Assembly (NCBI GenBank): GCA_949358305.1
Contig: OX442314.1
Coordinates: forward strand, 19,220,001 to 19,284,000
Direction of reading: 5' to 3'
Source: Strigamia acuminata
Taxonomy: Eukaryota
Length of the DNA: 64,000 nt
Part shown: piece by piece, positions 53,401-64,000 of the stretch
Layout of the letters: every line of letters begins with the position of its first letter
Numbering within the stretch: position 1 is the first letter of the stretch
Position numbers and translations under genes: made by a program
The notes under the pieces: model-generated
What the model was told of the DNA's origin: nothing
Seen by the model: the letters and a program-made list of their open reading frames with translations, nothing else
The model's database searches: none

Positions 53401-56400
53401 ACATGGAGGAAGTGCAAAATATATTAAAAAGTAACGAGGCCATATTTGATGGGGAACTGGGTCTGTATACTGGAGTACCTTTAAAGCTTGTTGTTGACAA
53501 GTCGGTAAAGCCAAGATTTTAGAGGCCTAGACCCGTACCAATCGCATTAAGAGCGAAAGTATCCGACGCGTTGTCGGAATTGCAACGCCAAGGTATACTG
53601 GTACCAATAAAATACAGTGACTGGGCGACCCCCATCGTGATAGTTTCAAAACCGGGAGGTGAAATAAGAATATGTGGTGATTATAAATCAACAATAAATT
53701 TAGCACTTCAACCAGACCCTTATCCCCTACCCAAAATTAGTGACCTATTAGCACAGCTAGCAGGAATGGAAATATTTTCCAAGTTAGATCTTAAACAAGC
53801 CTACCAGCAACGGGAGTTGGACCACAATTCGTCGTTGCTGGTGGCAATTAACACCCAACAAGGATTATTTAGAGTAACAAGAATGCCTTTTGGCATCCTT
53901 TCAGCAGCAGGAGAATTTCAAAGATTGATGGAACGGGAATTTGGTAATTTTAGATTAGTTTTGATATACCAGGATGATTTATTATTAGCTACTAAGACAG
54001 TTCGTGAACATTTAAAGCTATTAAGGGCAGTATTAGGTCATCTTAACAAAATAGGATTGAAATTGACAAAGCAGAAATGTATTTTTTGTAAAAATCAAGT
54101 TGATTTTTTAGGATTTCGTGTGACAGCTGTGGGAGTGCAGCCTTTGGAGAGGAGATTGGGTGGAATTTTACAGTCACCCCCTCCACAATCTGTGACAGAA
54201 TTACGAGCCTTTTTAGGCATGGTAAATTTTTATCATCAATTTATCAAGAGCGCAGCTACTCTTCTTGCCCCACTGCACCACCTATTAAAAAAAGAAATTA
54301 CCTGGCAATGGAAAGATGAACAAAATGAGGCATTTCAGAAGATAAAACGTGTACTAACCTCAGACACTTTGTTAGTTCATTTCAACTCTGAATACCCAAT
54401 AATCTTAGCTGTAGATGCCTCACCAGTGGGCGTTGGTGCTGTGTTGGCCCACTGTATCAACGGTTTTGAGAGACCGGTAGCTTATGCTTCTAAATCCTTG
54501 TCAGTTGCACAGCGTAATTACGGTCATATACATAAAGAGGCCTATGCATTAGTGTTTGGTGTGCAACATTTCCATATTTATTTATATGGACATGCTTTCA
54601 CAGTGTTCACAGATCACAAACCATTGGTGAGTCTCTTTAGCAAGGGAAGACCAATTCCCGAGATGGCCCCACCACGAATGATTAGATGGCTAATAACATT
54701 GAGTGCCTATAATTACACTATAGTACACAGGGCGGGTGTAGACAATTTAAATGCAGACGCACTTAGCAGACCCCCATTGTGTAACGTGACATCACCGGAT
54801 GAAAGTGAAGATGTGGAATCATTGGAGTCAACAAATCTAATGTTTATTGCATTGGATGGAAATTCCATAACTTGGGCTGAATTAGCTTTAGAAACAGCAA
54901 AGGATCAACTGTTACAACATGTAATGACGGGTATGAAGTCATCATGGCCGCACAACGAATGGAACAAAGAAGCAAGGCCGTATTTGCGATTAATAAGTGA
55001 ATTATCCATACTACGGGGTGTTTTGCTGCGTGGATCACAAGTAATCATTCCTAAAAGCTTGCAACAACGTGTATTGGAAATCTTACACCAAGGACATCCC
55101 GGTATGGTGGTAACCAAGCAAACGGCAAGATCTTTCGTGTGGTGGCCAAAGATTAACCAGAACATAGAACATTTCATCGGATTGTGCGAACAATGTCAAG
55201 CTAATAGAGCTTTGCCACCGAGACAAACACCGATTCCGTGGCCCAAGACTGTACATCCGTGGCAGCGCCTACACATAGACTTTGCAGGCCCAGTAGATGG
55301 AAAGATGTTTTTTGTGTTAGTGGATGTGCATACGAATTGGATAGAAGTAGCGTGGTTAACTCATACAACAGCAAACATGGTTATATTACATTTAATGAAA
55401 TGGTTTGCCACATTTGCATTTCCAGAAGTGATCATATCAGACAATGGTCCCCCTTTTCACTCAGAAGAATTGGAAGAGTTTTTGCAAATGTGTAGGATAA
55501 AACATTTATATTCTCCACCATATCACCCAGCCTCAAATGGTCCAGCTGAGAAGGCTGTAAGAACATTTAAAACAGCTTTGAAAGGGATGAACAAAACAAA
55601 ACTTAATTTTGAGATTGCAAAATTTCTACTCCTGCAGCACAACCTGCCTGGTAGCAAGAGTCAAACTACTCCTAGTAGTCTTGTATTTAAGTGGCCCATT
55701 CGAACACATCTACACATGATAGAGACAGAACAGTTAATAGATGTAAATCAATCTAAATTGTATACACAAACATCCAAAAGAAGATTTTTTATTGGACAAG
55801 CAGTTTGGGCAAAACTTTCTTCAAGAAAGTGGGAGGCAGGTATAATTGTGCAACAACATGGTGAAGTGATATATTCAGTAAAAATGGAAACTGGAAAAGA
55901 AAACAAATACCATGTGAACCATTTGCGTAGACGTGTAATAAATGAGACAGAAACAACAGAAAATCAAGTAGAAGCATGTAGAGTTTTGTGTGAGCGCAAT
56001 CAAGAGAAGCAAGTCAGACTACCCAAAACGTGGCAAATAGTAGAGAGACCAAAGGAGGCAAGCAAATTGACTGATTATGGTTCCTCCTATGACACGGGTT
56101 CAAGAAGAAGCAAGCGTTTCCATCCATATAAACGGGTGGTTTCTCATAAAGAGTTCTATGAACAGTTCAAATAAATGTTTTTGGTTTGAAAAGTGATAAG
56201 TTAGCTTTATTGAAGAGAGTGTATAAAAATTAAGGATAATTTATACAGAGAGGTAAATGCAGTGATACAATAATGGCGCGCTGTAGTAAACAAATGAACC
56301 AATGTATTATTAACGAGAAACAATAAAAACTTCAGTTATAATTCATCATCCATCGCGAACAATACACAAACTTCAATTTAAACTTTCTGACTGTGGCTTG

Positions 56401-59400
56401 TCTGATTTTACTTGTAAAATGGCGACTGTTTAGTCAGAATTTTTCCACAATCATTCAACATATCAAATTTTGAAAACTCGAATACAACACAATGGTGTTA
56501 TTTCCAAGTGAAAACAATAGTTTTGACTGGAGCGGAATGTTCAGGGCTGTCGTTAGACATAAAATAATGCGATACCGCATCAAAGAATATCGCTACGTAA
56601 TTTAAAATAGCAATTTAAACTAATTTTTCGAATGCAGCTATTGTTTCATATCATCATCTTCTAAGAATTCTGAACCATTCTTTTCTCTTCAGGGAAAAAC
56701 CTTGCTGCCAAATACTAGTGTTCAACTAATTGATACAAATTTACCGTTAGGCAACTGCTTAAAATTTGCACAGGGTTTGTACTTTTTTAAAAAATTCATT
56801 TCTTGATTTAAACATGATTTCATTTTTTATCAGACGATGCTAGCGATGAAAAGGCTAATAAATTCGATTTCAAAATAACAAAACCGAAAGGAGGTTGCAA
56901 TCGAGCTTCTAGATTGATGGTAAAACTGATGAAGTTTTATCAGGGCCGTCTTAACACCTTTCAGCGCCCTGGGCTTTAAAAAACAAGGCGCCCCTTGTCC
57001 CTTGTCGTAATTTTAAAAAATCATTTTTACATTTACAATTTTACAGGCCCGTTCCTAGGGTATACTTGTAGTGCACGCGTGTTTTTTGGGCATGCTGGTG
57101 CCGCACTCCAAAAGAAGTACCGGTAAGCATTTTTGTGAAAAATAAATTTTAATTAAAAAATGCATTTTTGGACCAACAAAAGCATTTCGAACATAAAAAT
57201 GCATCTTTAGGGGTGGCGCCCCCTAAGCTGTGGCGCCCGTGTGTTTTACACACTATTAACAATGTGTAGGAACGGGCCTACAAGTTCAGCTTATATTTGA
57301 ACACTCATAAAGACTCTTTGTAGGAGGCGCATGGCATACTTCTCTGCCCGGACCCCTCTCTGCCCGGCGCCCCTATCTGCCCGGCGCCCCTCCCTGTCCA
57401 GCGCCCCTCTCTGCCCGGCGCCCCTGGACTGCAGCCCAGTTAGCCCAATGGTAAAGATGGCCCTGAGTTTTATAGAAATCAAGTTTCCCAACTGTCTGCT
57501 TCTCAATTATATTACAGCTTAGGCAATAAATGTTGTTAACTATAGGCTTGTCCAATTATTAAAATAAATACTAGTACTTTAAAGAAAAAATACCAGGTGG
57601 AGGGGTTGACCCCTACTTATGGTCTAGCCCGAGACCTGACCCCAGTCCAATTTTACTAGCCAAGTTTTTTGCACGCGTTTTTGCGCGTCCAAGTTTAAAT
57701 TTGGTTATTCTTTGGTTTTTTCGCTTTTTTGCATCGTTTACCTTCATTTCACGATGGGTCCTACTAAACCGAGAGGTAAGAAGCCATCCAATGAATCCAG
57801 TGATGTTTCCAACGCCAAAAAAGCACGGGAACCGCGTGGACGCTTGCCCACAGCTAAGCCTAACGTCGTCACGACACGCGCTGATGTTCATCGCGATCCC
57901 GTCGCATCTCCATCCTCATCGAGAATCCTATTAGATGGGTCCATCGTCAACGTTCCGTCAGGCGAGGAGATCGAGCAGTTAGATGAACGTTTCAACGACG
58001 TACGGAATTCGATCGGGGCCGAATTTACCGACTCGCAAGCCGCGAAAAATTCGGCGCCCGTTACCGACTTGGGACTGTCGTCCCAAGCAATCGAGAAGCT
58101 CATATTTATGGCTTTCTCGCAAAATCAGGCAGGTGGGGCTCCTCTTCAGCGGGAGGAGTCTACCGAGCGATCCGAAATGTCTCGATCTCGTAGAGACGAG
58201 TGGGGGTCGACTCAGTCTGTAAATCACGTATGTAACCTTTTTTGAAAATATAAAAGGATTGTTTTTAAAAATATTCACACTCTCGTTTCTGACTGGTTGT
58301 AGTCGGATGTTTTAGAGTACGATTCGGACTCCACTTCTCGCTCTAGCTCGTCGGATGAAGAGCGACCGATTACCGCAAAATTGTCCCGAAAGGACCGTGA
58401 AATCTTGCGTCTTAAGCGGGAGCTTGACAAGAGAGGAAAACAGTCCGTTTCCTCGCGCACAACTCCGTCCCATTTAGACGGGGACTCAGAACGTTCGTCG
58501 GACGATTCCGATAACAACGACGAGGATGCGCCTTTTCTCCACGAAGCGTCGGCCAAAGAAATTGTGCGAATTTTAAGCAAACCGACTTCAACGGCCAAGA
58601 ATAACAGCTTTAAAGCCGATTTTCCCTGCCCAACTCGTCAGGTTCCCTTTTTGAAGAGGAAGAAGATGGACGAAGATGTGGAAGCCTACGTGGGGGCACG
58701 AAACACGTCCTTCTCCATTCCGCGAGAACGTTTTTTGCGTCGATTAAACGGCATGATGGCGCGTGTTGGATCGATTACGGCCAGAATCTACGATCGTTCG
58801 TCAACAAACGACCCCATGAACAAAGAAGAATTGCTTTACGCCAACAAAGCCATTTTCCAACAAGTTCGAAACGCTATGAATGCAATTAGCGACGAACGAC
58901 GGTTTAATGTCGTTCAGGGTTTGGGCACAAAGAAATCCGACATGGTGAAACATTTCCGAAATTCGGAGGGCGATACCCTTTTTCAGGGACAATTTTTCGA
59001 GAGATTCAGTAATCCATATTATCGATTTTGAAAAATATTCAAAAAGCACTTTTACAAAACTTTTTGTTTTTTCCTTTTAGAAAAGCAAGCCGATCAATTC
59101 GCATCGGTGGATAGAGCCAGGAGTAAAAACCCCGCCAAGGGTACGCGCCGCGATAGTCGAATCCGTCGTAATTTTAGTCGCCCCGTCGAGAATTTTCAGC
59201 GCAGAGATTATTCCCACGCACGACAGGACGACAGGGATCAGAGTAGAAGCTTCCGTACCCCGGATTACAACAAAGGGCAACAGCAGCCCTTTCGTAAAAG
59301 CCCCTTCCCCAACAACCGGGGAAGGGGTCGTGGCGGCTTCGCTAGAAACGGTAACGGCCTGGTGTAGCCACTTTTCCTTCCCCGACGTCTGTTTCTCATC

Positions 59401-62400
59401 TGGACGTTTACCTCTTTGTCACGACACTTGGTCCTTTATCACTTCAGATTCTTGGGTCCTCGATACGGTCAAAGGGATAAAATTGGAATTTTTAAATACA
59501 CCTGTTCAAACAGAATTTTGTACACCGATTTTCGACCGGGTTAAACATGAATTGATCAGAGAGGAAGTTGAGGCCATGATCCTTAAAGGGGCCGCTTATC
59601 CGGTTCTCCCCTGCAAAGGTCAAATAATTAGTTTTCTTTTTCTAGTTTCTAAAAAAGATGGCGGTTTTCGCCCTATTATTAATCTTAAACCCCTCAATTC
59701 CTTCTTAGTTTTCAACCATTTCAAAATGGAAAGTATTCACACCGCCTTGTCTCTGGTAGAAAAAGACTCTTTTATGTTTAAACTAGATTTATCCGATGCC
59801 TATTTTTCGGTGGCCATACACCCAGATTCTCGAAAATTTTTGAGATTTTTCTGGGAAGGAGTTTTATATGAATTAGGAGTGCTCCCTTTTGGATTGGGCC
59901 CCGCTCCCTTTTATTTTACTAAATTGTGTAGAGCCGTGGCAGCTTTCCTTCGATCACTTTACGTTCAGTTGGCGGTTTATTTAGATGACTGGTTCTTTAT
60001 TAATAAATCTCACGAACTTCTTACACGACAGAGGGATTTCATTTGCTTGCTTTTTCGCGCTCTCGGTTTTATAATTAATTTGAAAAAATCGATTCTTGAA
60101 CCAACTACTTCAATTACTTTTTTAGGTTTTTTAATCAATTCAGTTGCTATGAGCGTCTCTTTACCACCAGACAGGATTCAGAATATTCTTACTTCCCTTG
60201 ACAAGTTACTCCAATCAGATTCTTGTTCAATTCGAGATCTTTCTTCTATTATTGGCAAACTTAATGCCACAACAGTAGCCATTTCTGCCGCACCCTTACA
60301 TTATCGGGGACTACAACATTTAAAAGCTCATAATTTCACAGGAAATTACGAATCCACTTGTTTTATTACAGAAGAAGCTAGGTCAGAGCTTTTATGGTGG
60401 AAGCAAAATTTGAGATTTTGCAAGGGCAGATCTCTTGTTCCTAAACCTTGCCTCTTATCCTTTGATTCGGATGCTTCTCTAACAGGATGGGGAGCAACTT
60501 CTTCAGGCATTTGTATAGGGGGTTCCTGGCCCTCTTCCCTTATTAAGAAACATATTAATGTTCTTGAACTTTTAGCTGCCTTTTGGGGTCTCAAGTCCTT
60601 TGCTAAAGATTTATCCAATAGCATAGTTAAGATCAGAATGGACAATACTGCAGCAATTGCCTCCATAAATCATCTGGGCAGCCCCAGATCCCGAGATCTT
60701 ACTGCCGTAGCACAAGACCTTTGGTCTTGGGCTATGGAAAGAAATATCTCTGTTCAAGCTGAACACATCCCGGGTCGCTTCAATATAGAAGCTGACGCGG
60801 CCTCTAGGGGTAAGGTCGTAGATTCAAGTGACTGGATGCTGGATCATGAGGTTTTTAACTCGATCGATCAAATTTGGGGTCCCTTTTCTTTAGACCTTTT
60901 CGCGGCTATGCACAACGCGCAATTAGAAAACTTTTTTAGCTGGAAGCCCGACCCCGCTGCTCAGGCCTTTGATGCCTTAGTTCAGGACTGGGGGTCAGAA
61001 ATTTCATACGCCTTCCCTCCTTTTTGCCTCGTTTCTAAATGTCTTCAGAAAATCCGCAATGCTTCAACACCTACTCGAGTAGTTCTGATCACTCCGATTT
61101 GGCCTAGCCAAGCTTGGTTTCCGGTAATTCCTCATTCAAAAAATTTTCTTTCTTTTTACTAAATCGGGATTTTTCCTTTTAGCTTCTTTGGTCCCTATCG
61201 ACGGAAACTCCGATACAGTTGCCACAATTTCCGAATCTTTTGACGAATGCTCAGAAACAACCCCATCCACTTCTCCTAACACAATCTCTGCAACTGGCCG
61301 CATGGAAACTGTCGTCGGTTGTCTCGGAAACGGAGGTCTTTCAGCGAACGCTTCCAAATTGGTGGGGTCTTCCTGGCAATCCTCATCAAATAAGATCTAC
61401 GACGGACACTGGAAGTCATGGCTTCTCTGGTCTACACGAAACAATGTTGACCCTGTTCGACCATCTGCCGTAACATTAGCAAATTATCTTTCTTCTCTTT
61501 TTACGAATAATCTTGCGTTTAGCACAATAAATGCCCACCGTTCGGCTATTTCTCAAACCATTAGTTTAATTTCTTCAGTTGATCTAGGTTCTCATCCACT
61601 TATCAGACGAGTCATGAAAGGCGTCGCCAATTCACGTCCACAGGTTCCAAAATATTCCTCTATTTGGCATGTAGGCCCGGTCCTTCTCTTCCTTAAGTCA
61701 CGATTTCGTATGCTGCCTACCTTCTCCAAGTTAGAGATTAATCGCCATATCGCTACACTCTTGGCCCTTTCCTTAGCAGGAAGGGCTTCAGACCTTAAAC
61801 TCTTATCTTCCAAAGTAGTTTTTTCAGCTAACTCTTGTGTTCTTCCGCTCCTAGGTAAGAGGAAATCCTCCTCTATGGCCCCTTTTGTTCTACCCCGTTT
61901 TGAAGACAAGGAATTATGCCCAGTTGAGGCCATTAAATTTTATTTAAAACACTCAGCCGCCTTTCGCGGACCCTCTATTCAATTCTTTTTGGCATCCTCT
62001 CGTCCCTTTGGACCGGTCACTTCTTCCACTATTGCCAGATGGATCAAAGAAACCTTGACCATGGCAGGAGTAAACACTGCAGTTTTTTCGGCCCATTTTA
62101 CCCGAGCCGCCGCTACTTCCTTTGCTTGGTCAAAAGGTGTTAATATCTCTCACATTCTTCGGGCGGCTGATTGGTCATCCGCCTCTATATTTTTTAAATT
62201 TTATAATCATCCAGTCGAAAAGATTTCGACGGATTTCACTTCTACGGTTTTAGAGGCTACGAAGAGCCTATAGTTAACAACATTTATTGCCTAAGCTGTA
62301 ATATAATTGAATATTTTGCTAAGTTATGACGCAAAATATGAATTATATAAAGAGGCAATAAATGTTGTTATTTCCCACCCAACTTTTAGTTTTTGTTTTT

Positions 62401-63924
62401 CTCGTTGATTGATATCTTGACCGCCCTTACAACATTTGTTTATTGTTTTTTATCGTATTTTCAGATCGCCAATAAGTCGATCCGTCACCTCTCCTTGATG
62501 CCTTTCAGTAAATAAAGTATTATTTCTGAAACAACTTGTTTTTTATTCCTCAGTTCCTTAAAATTGGACTGGGGTCAGGTCTCGGGCTAGACCATAAGTA
62601 GGGGTCAACCCCTCCACCTGGTATTTTTTCTTTAAAGTACTAGTATTTATTTTAATAATTGGACAAGCCTATAGTTAACAACATTTATTGCCTCTTTATA
62701 TAATTCATATTTTGCGTCATAACTTAGCAAAATATTCAATTTTTAACAGCTTACAATACAAAAAAATCAAATGAAATCAAATTTAAAACAGTTTTGGCAC
62801 ATCCCAAGCAAATCCAGAGTTGAAATTAATGTTGCTCTAACCGAGGTAATTTTCTTTTAATTTTTCCATTTTTTTTTATTGAATATTATTAAACGCGCAC
62901 GTAGTATAACTTTGTGACAAATAAATGGAAAAAATGTGTTGCGATCGAAGAGTATGAGAGGTGTTACGACAATTGTTTTGTAAGACATTACCGTGAAGGT
63001 CAGCTATACCCTGAAATCAAGAAACATTTCTCATGCAGGTAAAATTAACAATCACATCTTATAGTAAATTGAAACAAACTTGGTTTTTCGATGCTTAGAT
63101 ATCCATTTGATCCCGAATTTATACATTTGCCACCATGCAGTCAAACCGACTTTTTGACGTACATTATTCATGCAATTTTTCCTGTGCGCCTTAAACCATC
63201 TGTCTGTAATTGTTCAGACCCATGTCACGATTACACGTTTGATATAAATTTCCACTACTATGCCAACCAAAAAGCTAACACAAACGTCAAAATAAGAAAA
63301 AGAACTTATTATGTAACTACATTCACTCAGCTGTACAGTTATGACATTACCACACTTCTGTGTGACATTGGAGAAAACTTAGGTCTTCTATTAGGCCTAT
63401 CATTACTTTCTATCTGCGACGTAGTGTACGTATGCTTCAAACACATTTCCATTAAAAGATGTTTGAAGAGATATAAAGTGTGTTCCTCTGTGAAAAGTAA
63501 AATTCAGCACATTTGTGAAATACACATGAAGAAGAACCAGGTCCCGCCATACGGCCCGTCGATGAGCGCAAAAATAATGAAAAACAAACGATCTTTTTCC
63601 AGTATACTCTGTATTGCTATATACTTGACATCATTGGGTTTTTGTTCGTTTATTACGATAAACAGAGCTTTACATTACTTCAGCTTTCCTACTAAAACTA
63701 TTGTTCGAGTGCGTAAAAATGAAACAATACAGTTTCCAACTATCGCTGTTTGTGCAGATAATAATTACATCAAAGATTTAAGAAATTTGTATTTCAAAAT
63801 CACTGGAAATCACTCTTGCTTGCCTTTGGATCAATACTTGGATGCATCAGAAACTACAGTACAAGATTTATGGCACAAATCTGCAACAGGAAATGTTATA
63901 TATCATGACAATTTCCCTGCTTTG
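50465..63924 (+). CDS. Two-domain DEG/ENaC copy G (recent paralogue of F); continues past the window end
   Basis: Exons 50465-50950, 56693-56774, 56834-56919, 62750-62845, 62905-63038 and 63099-63924 match F in length and phase. Introns 1 and 3 are expanded by Gypsy and DIRS insertions. Confidence 0.82.
51164..51313. mobile_element. Short palindromic MITE
   Basis: tagctgcattcaaaaactctaaaacgcctc ... gaggcgttttagagttttttgaatgcagcta. Absent at the matching site in F intron 1 (~44925). Confidence 0.75.
51344..56366 (+). mobile_element. Full-length Ty3/Gypsy (Mag-like) LTR retrotransposon
   Basis: Short TG..CA LTRs at 51344-51453 and 56258-56366 (about 3 differences). 5-bp TSD CAAAC. PBS TGGCGACGAGG is complementary to tRNA-Ser(GCU). 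The empty site is visible in F at ~44950. Confidence 0.95.
51714..56174 (+). CDS. Gypsy gag-pol with one in-frame TAG at 53520-53522
   Basis: Two Cys/His knuckles, protease LLDTGS, RT WATPIV...YQDD, RNase H DASP.G.GAVL, integrase HQGH..C..C, HIDFAGP, SDNGP. ORFs 51690 and 53571 share one frame. Confidence 0.88.
56941..57465. mobile_element. hAT-like MITE with a nested small inverted-repeat element
   Basis: 8-bp TSD AGTTTTAT; termini cagggccgtctt and aagatggccctg. Nested aggcccgttccta...taggaacgggcct at ~57045-57279. Confidence 0.75.
57754..59367 (+). CDS. DIRS gag-like ORF1, predicted spliced (57754-58227, 58303-59008, 59081-59367)
   Basis: Three GC-rich ORF pieces join in frame when AT-rich GT-AG segments 58228-58302 and 59009-59080 are removed. 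Confidence 0.65.
59330..61473 (+). CDS. DIRS RT-RNase H-methyltransferase-like ORF, predicted intron 61124-61182
   Basis: RT FRPIINLK...LPFG...YLDD; RNase H DASLTGWG..HINVLEL..DN; MT-like DLFA...YAFPPF. Splicing restores WFP-LL...HPL...LAAWKLS. Confidence 0.85.
61188..62273 (+). CDS. DIRS tyrosine recombinase
   Basis: RASDL...LCPV...AHFTRAAATS...ADWSS...FFKFY gives the R-HxxR-W-Y catalytic set. It overlaps the RT ORF end in another frame. The start codon is uncertain. Confidence 0.9.
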   Translation: MVPIDGNSDTVATISESFDECSETTPSTSPNTISATGRMETVVGCLGNGGLSANASKLVGSSWQSSSNKIYDGHWKSWLLWSTRNNVDPVRPSAVTLANYLSSLFTNNLAFSTINAHRSAISQTISLISSVDLGSHPLIRRVMKGVANSRPQVPKYSSIWHVGPVLLFLKSRFRMLPTFSKLEINRHIATLLALSLAGRASDLKLLSSKVVFSANSCVLPLLGKRKSSSMAPFVLPRFEDKELCPVEAIKFYLKHSAAFRGPSIQFFLASSRPFGPVTSSTIARWIKETLTMAGVNTAVFSAHFTRAAATSFAWSKGVNISHILRAADWSSASIFFKFYNHPVEKISTDFTSTVLEATKSL

Positions 63925-64000
63925 GTATCAATATATTTATTATTATTATTACATTTAATTTTACTAAAGAGCAGAACCAACTGTAGAAAAACATATTTAG

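Larger units (their letters stand above)
57504..62741 (+). mobile_element. Complete DIRS1-type tyrosine-recombinase retrotransposon in intron 3 of copy G
   Basis: Inverted terminal repeats (~57520-57653 and ~62560-62693) plus a right extension. An internal complementary region at ~62266-62370 matches both outer ends. CAATT occurs at both junctions. The empty site ttctcaatttttaacag is seen in F. Confidence 0.93.

Overview
AT-rich eukaryotic DNA, most likely from an invertebrate animal, with many small spliceosomal introns. The species cannot be identified from the sequence alone. Most of the window is a same-strand tandem array of seven DEG/ENaC (ASIC/pickpocket-like) channel gene copies, labelled A-G. 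A, C and F look intact. G is open up to the window edge. B has a transposon inside a coding exon. D and E are pseudogenes. Each full copy encodes TWO complete DEG/ENaC subunits fused in one ~830-aa chain (TM1-ECD-TM2-linker-TM1-ECD-TM2). The junction lies inside a single exon, and both halves share intron phases 0,1,0,0,2. The last intron of every copy where it is visible appears to need a non-canonical GA donor. The array carries a BEL/Pao element, a Gypsy (Mag-like) element, a complete DIRS1-type element that appears to contain three spliceosomal introns, a second DIRS remnant, and many MITE/TIR elements. Two head-to-head paralogous MYND zinc-finger genes lie at the left edge. All gene models were read by eye without transcript data, and no database searches were run.
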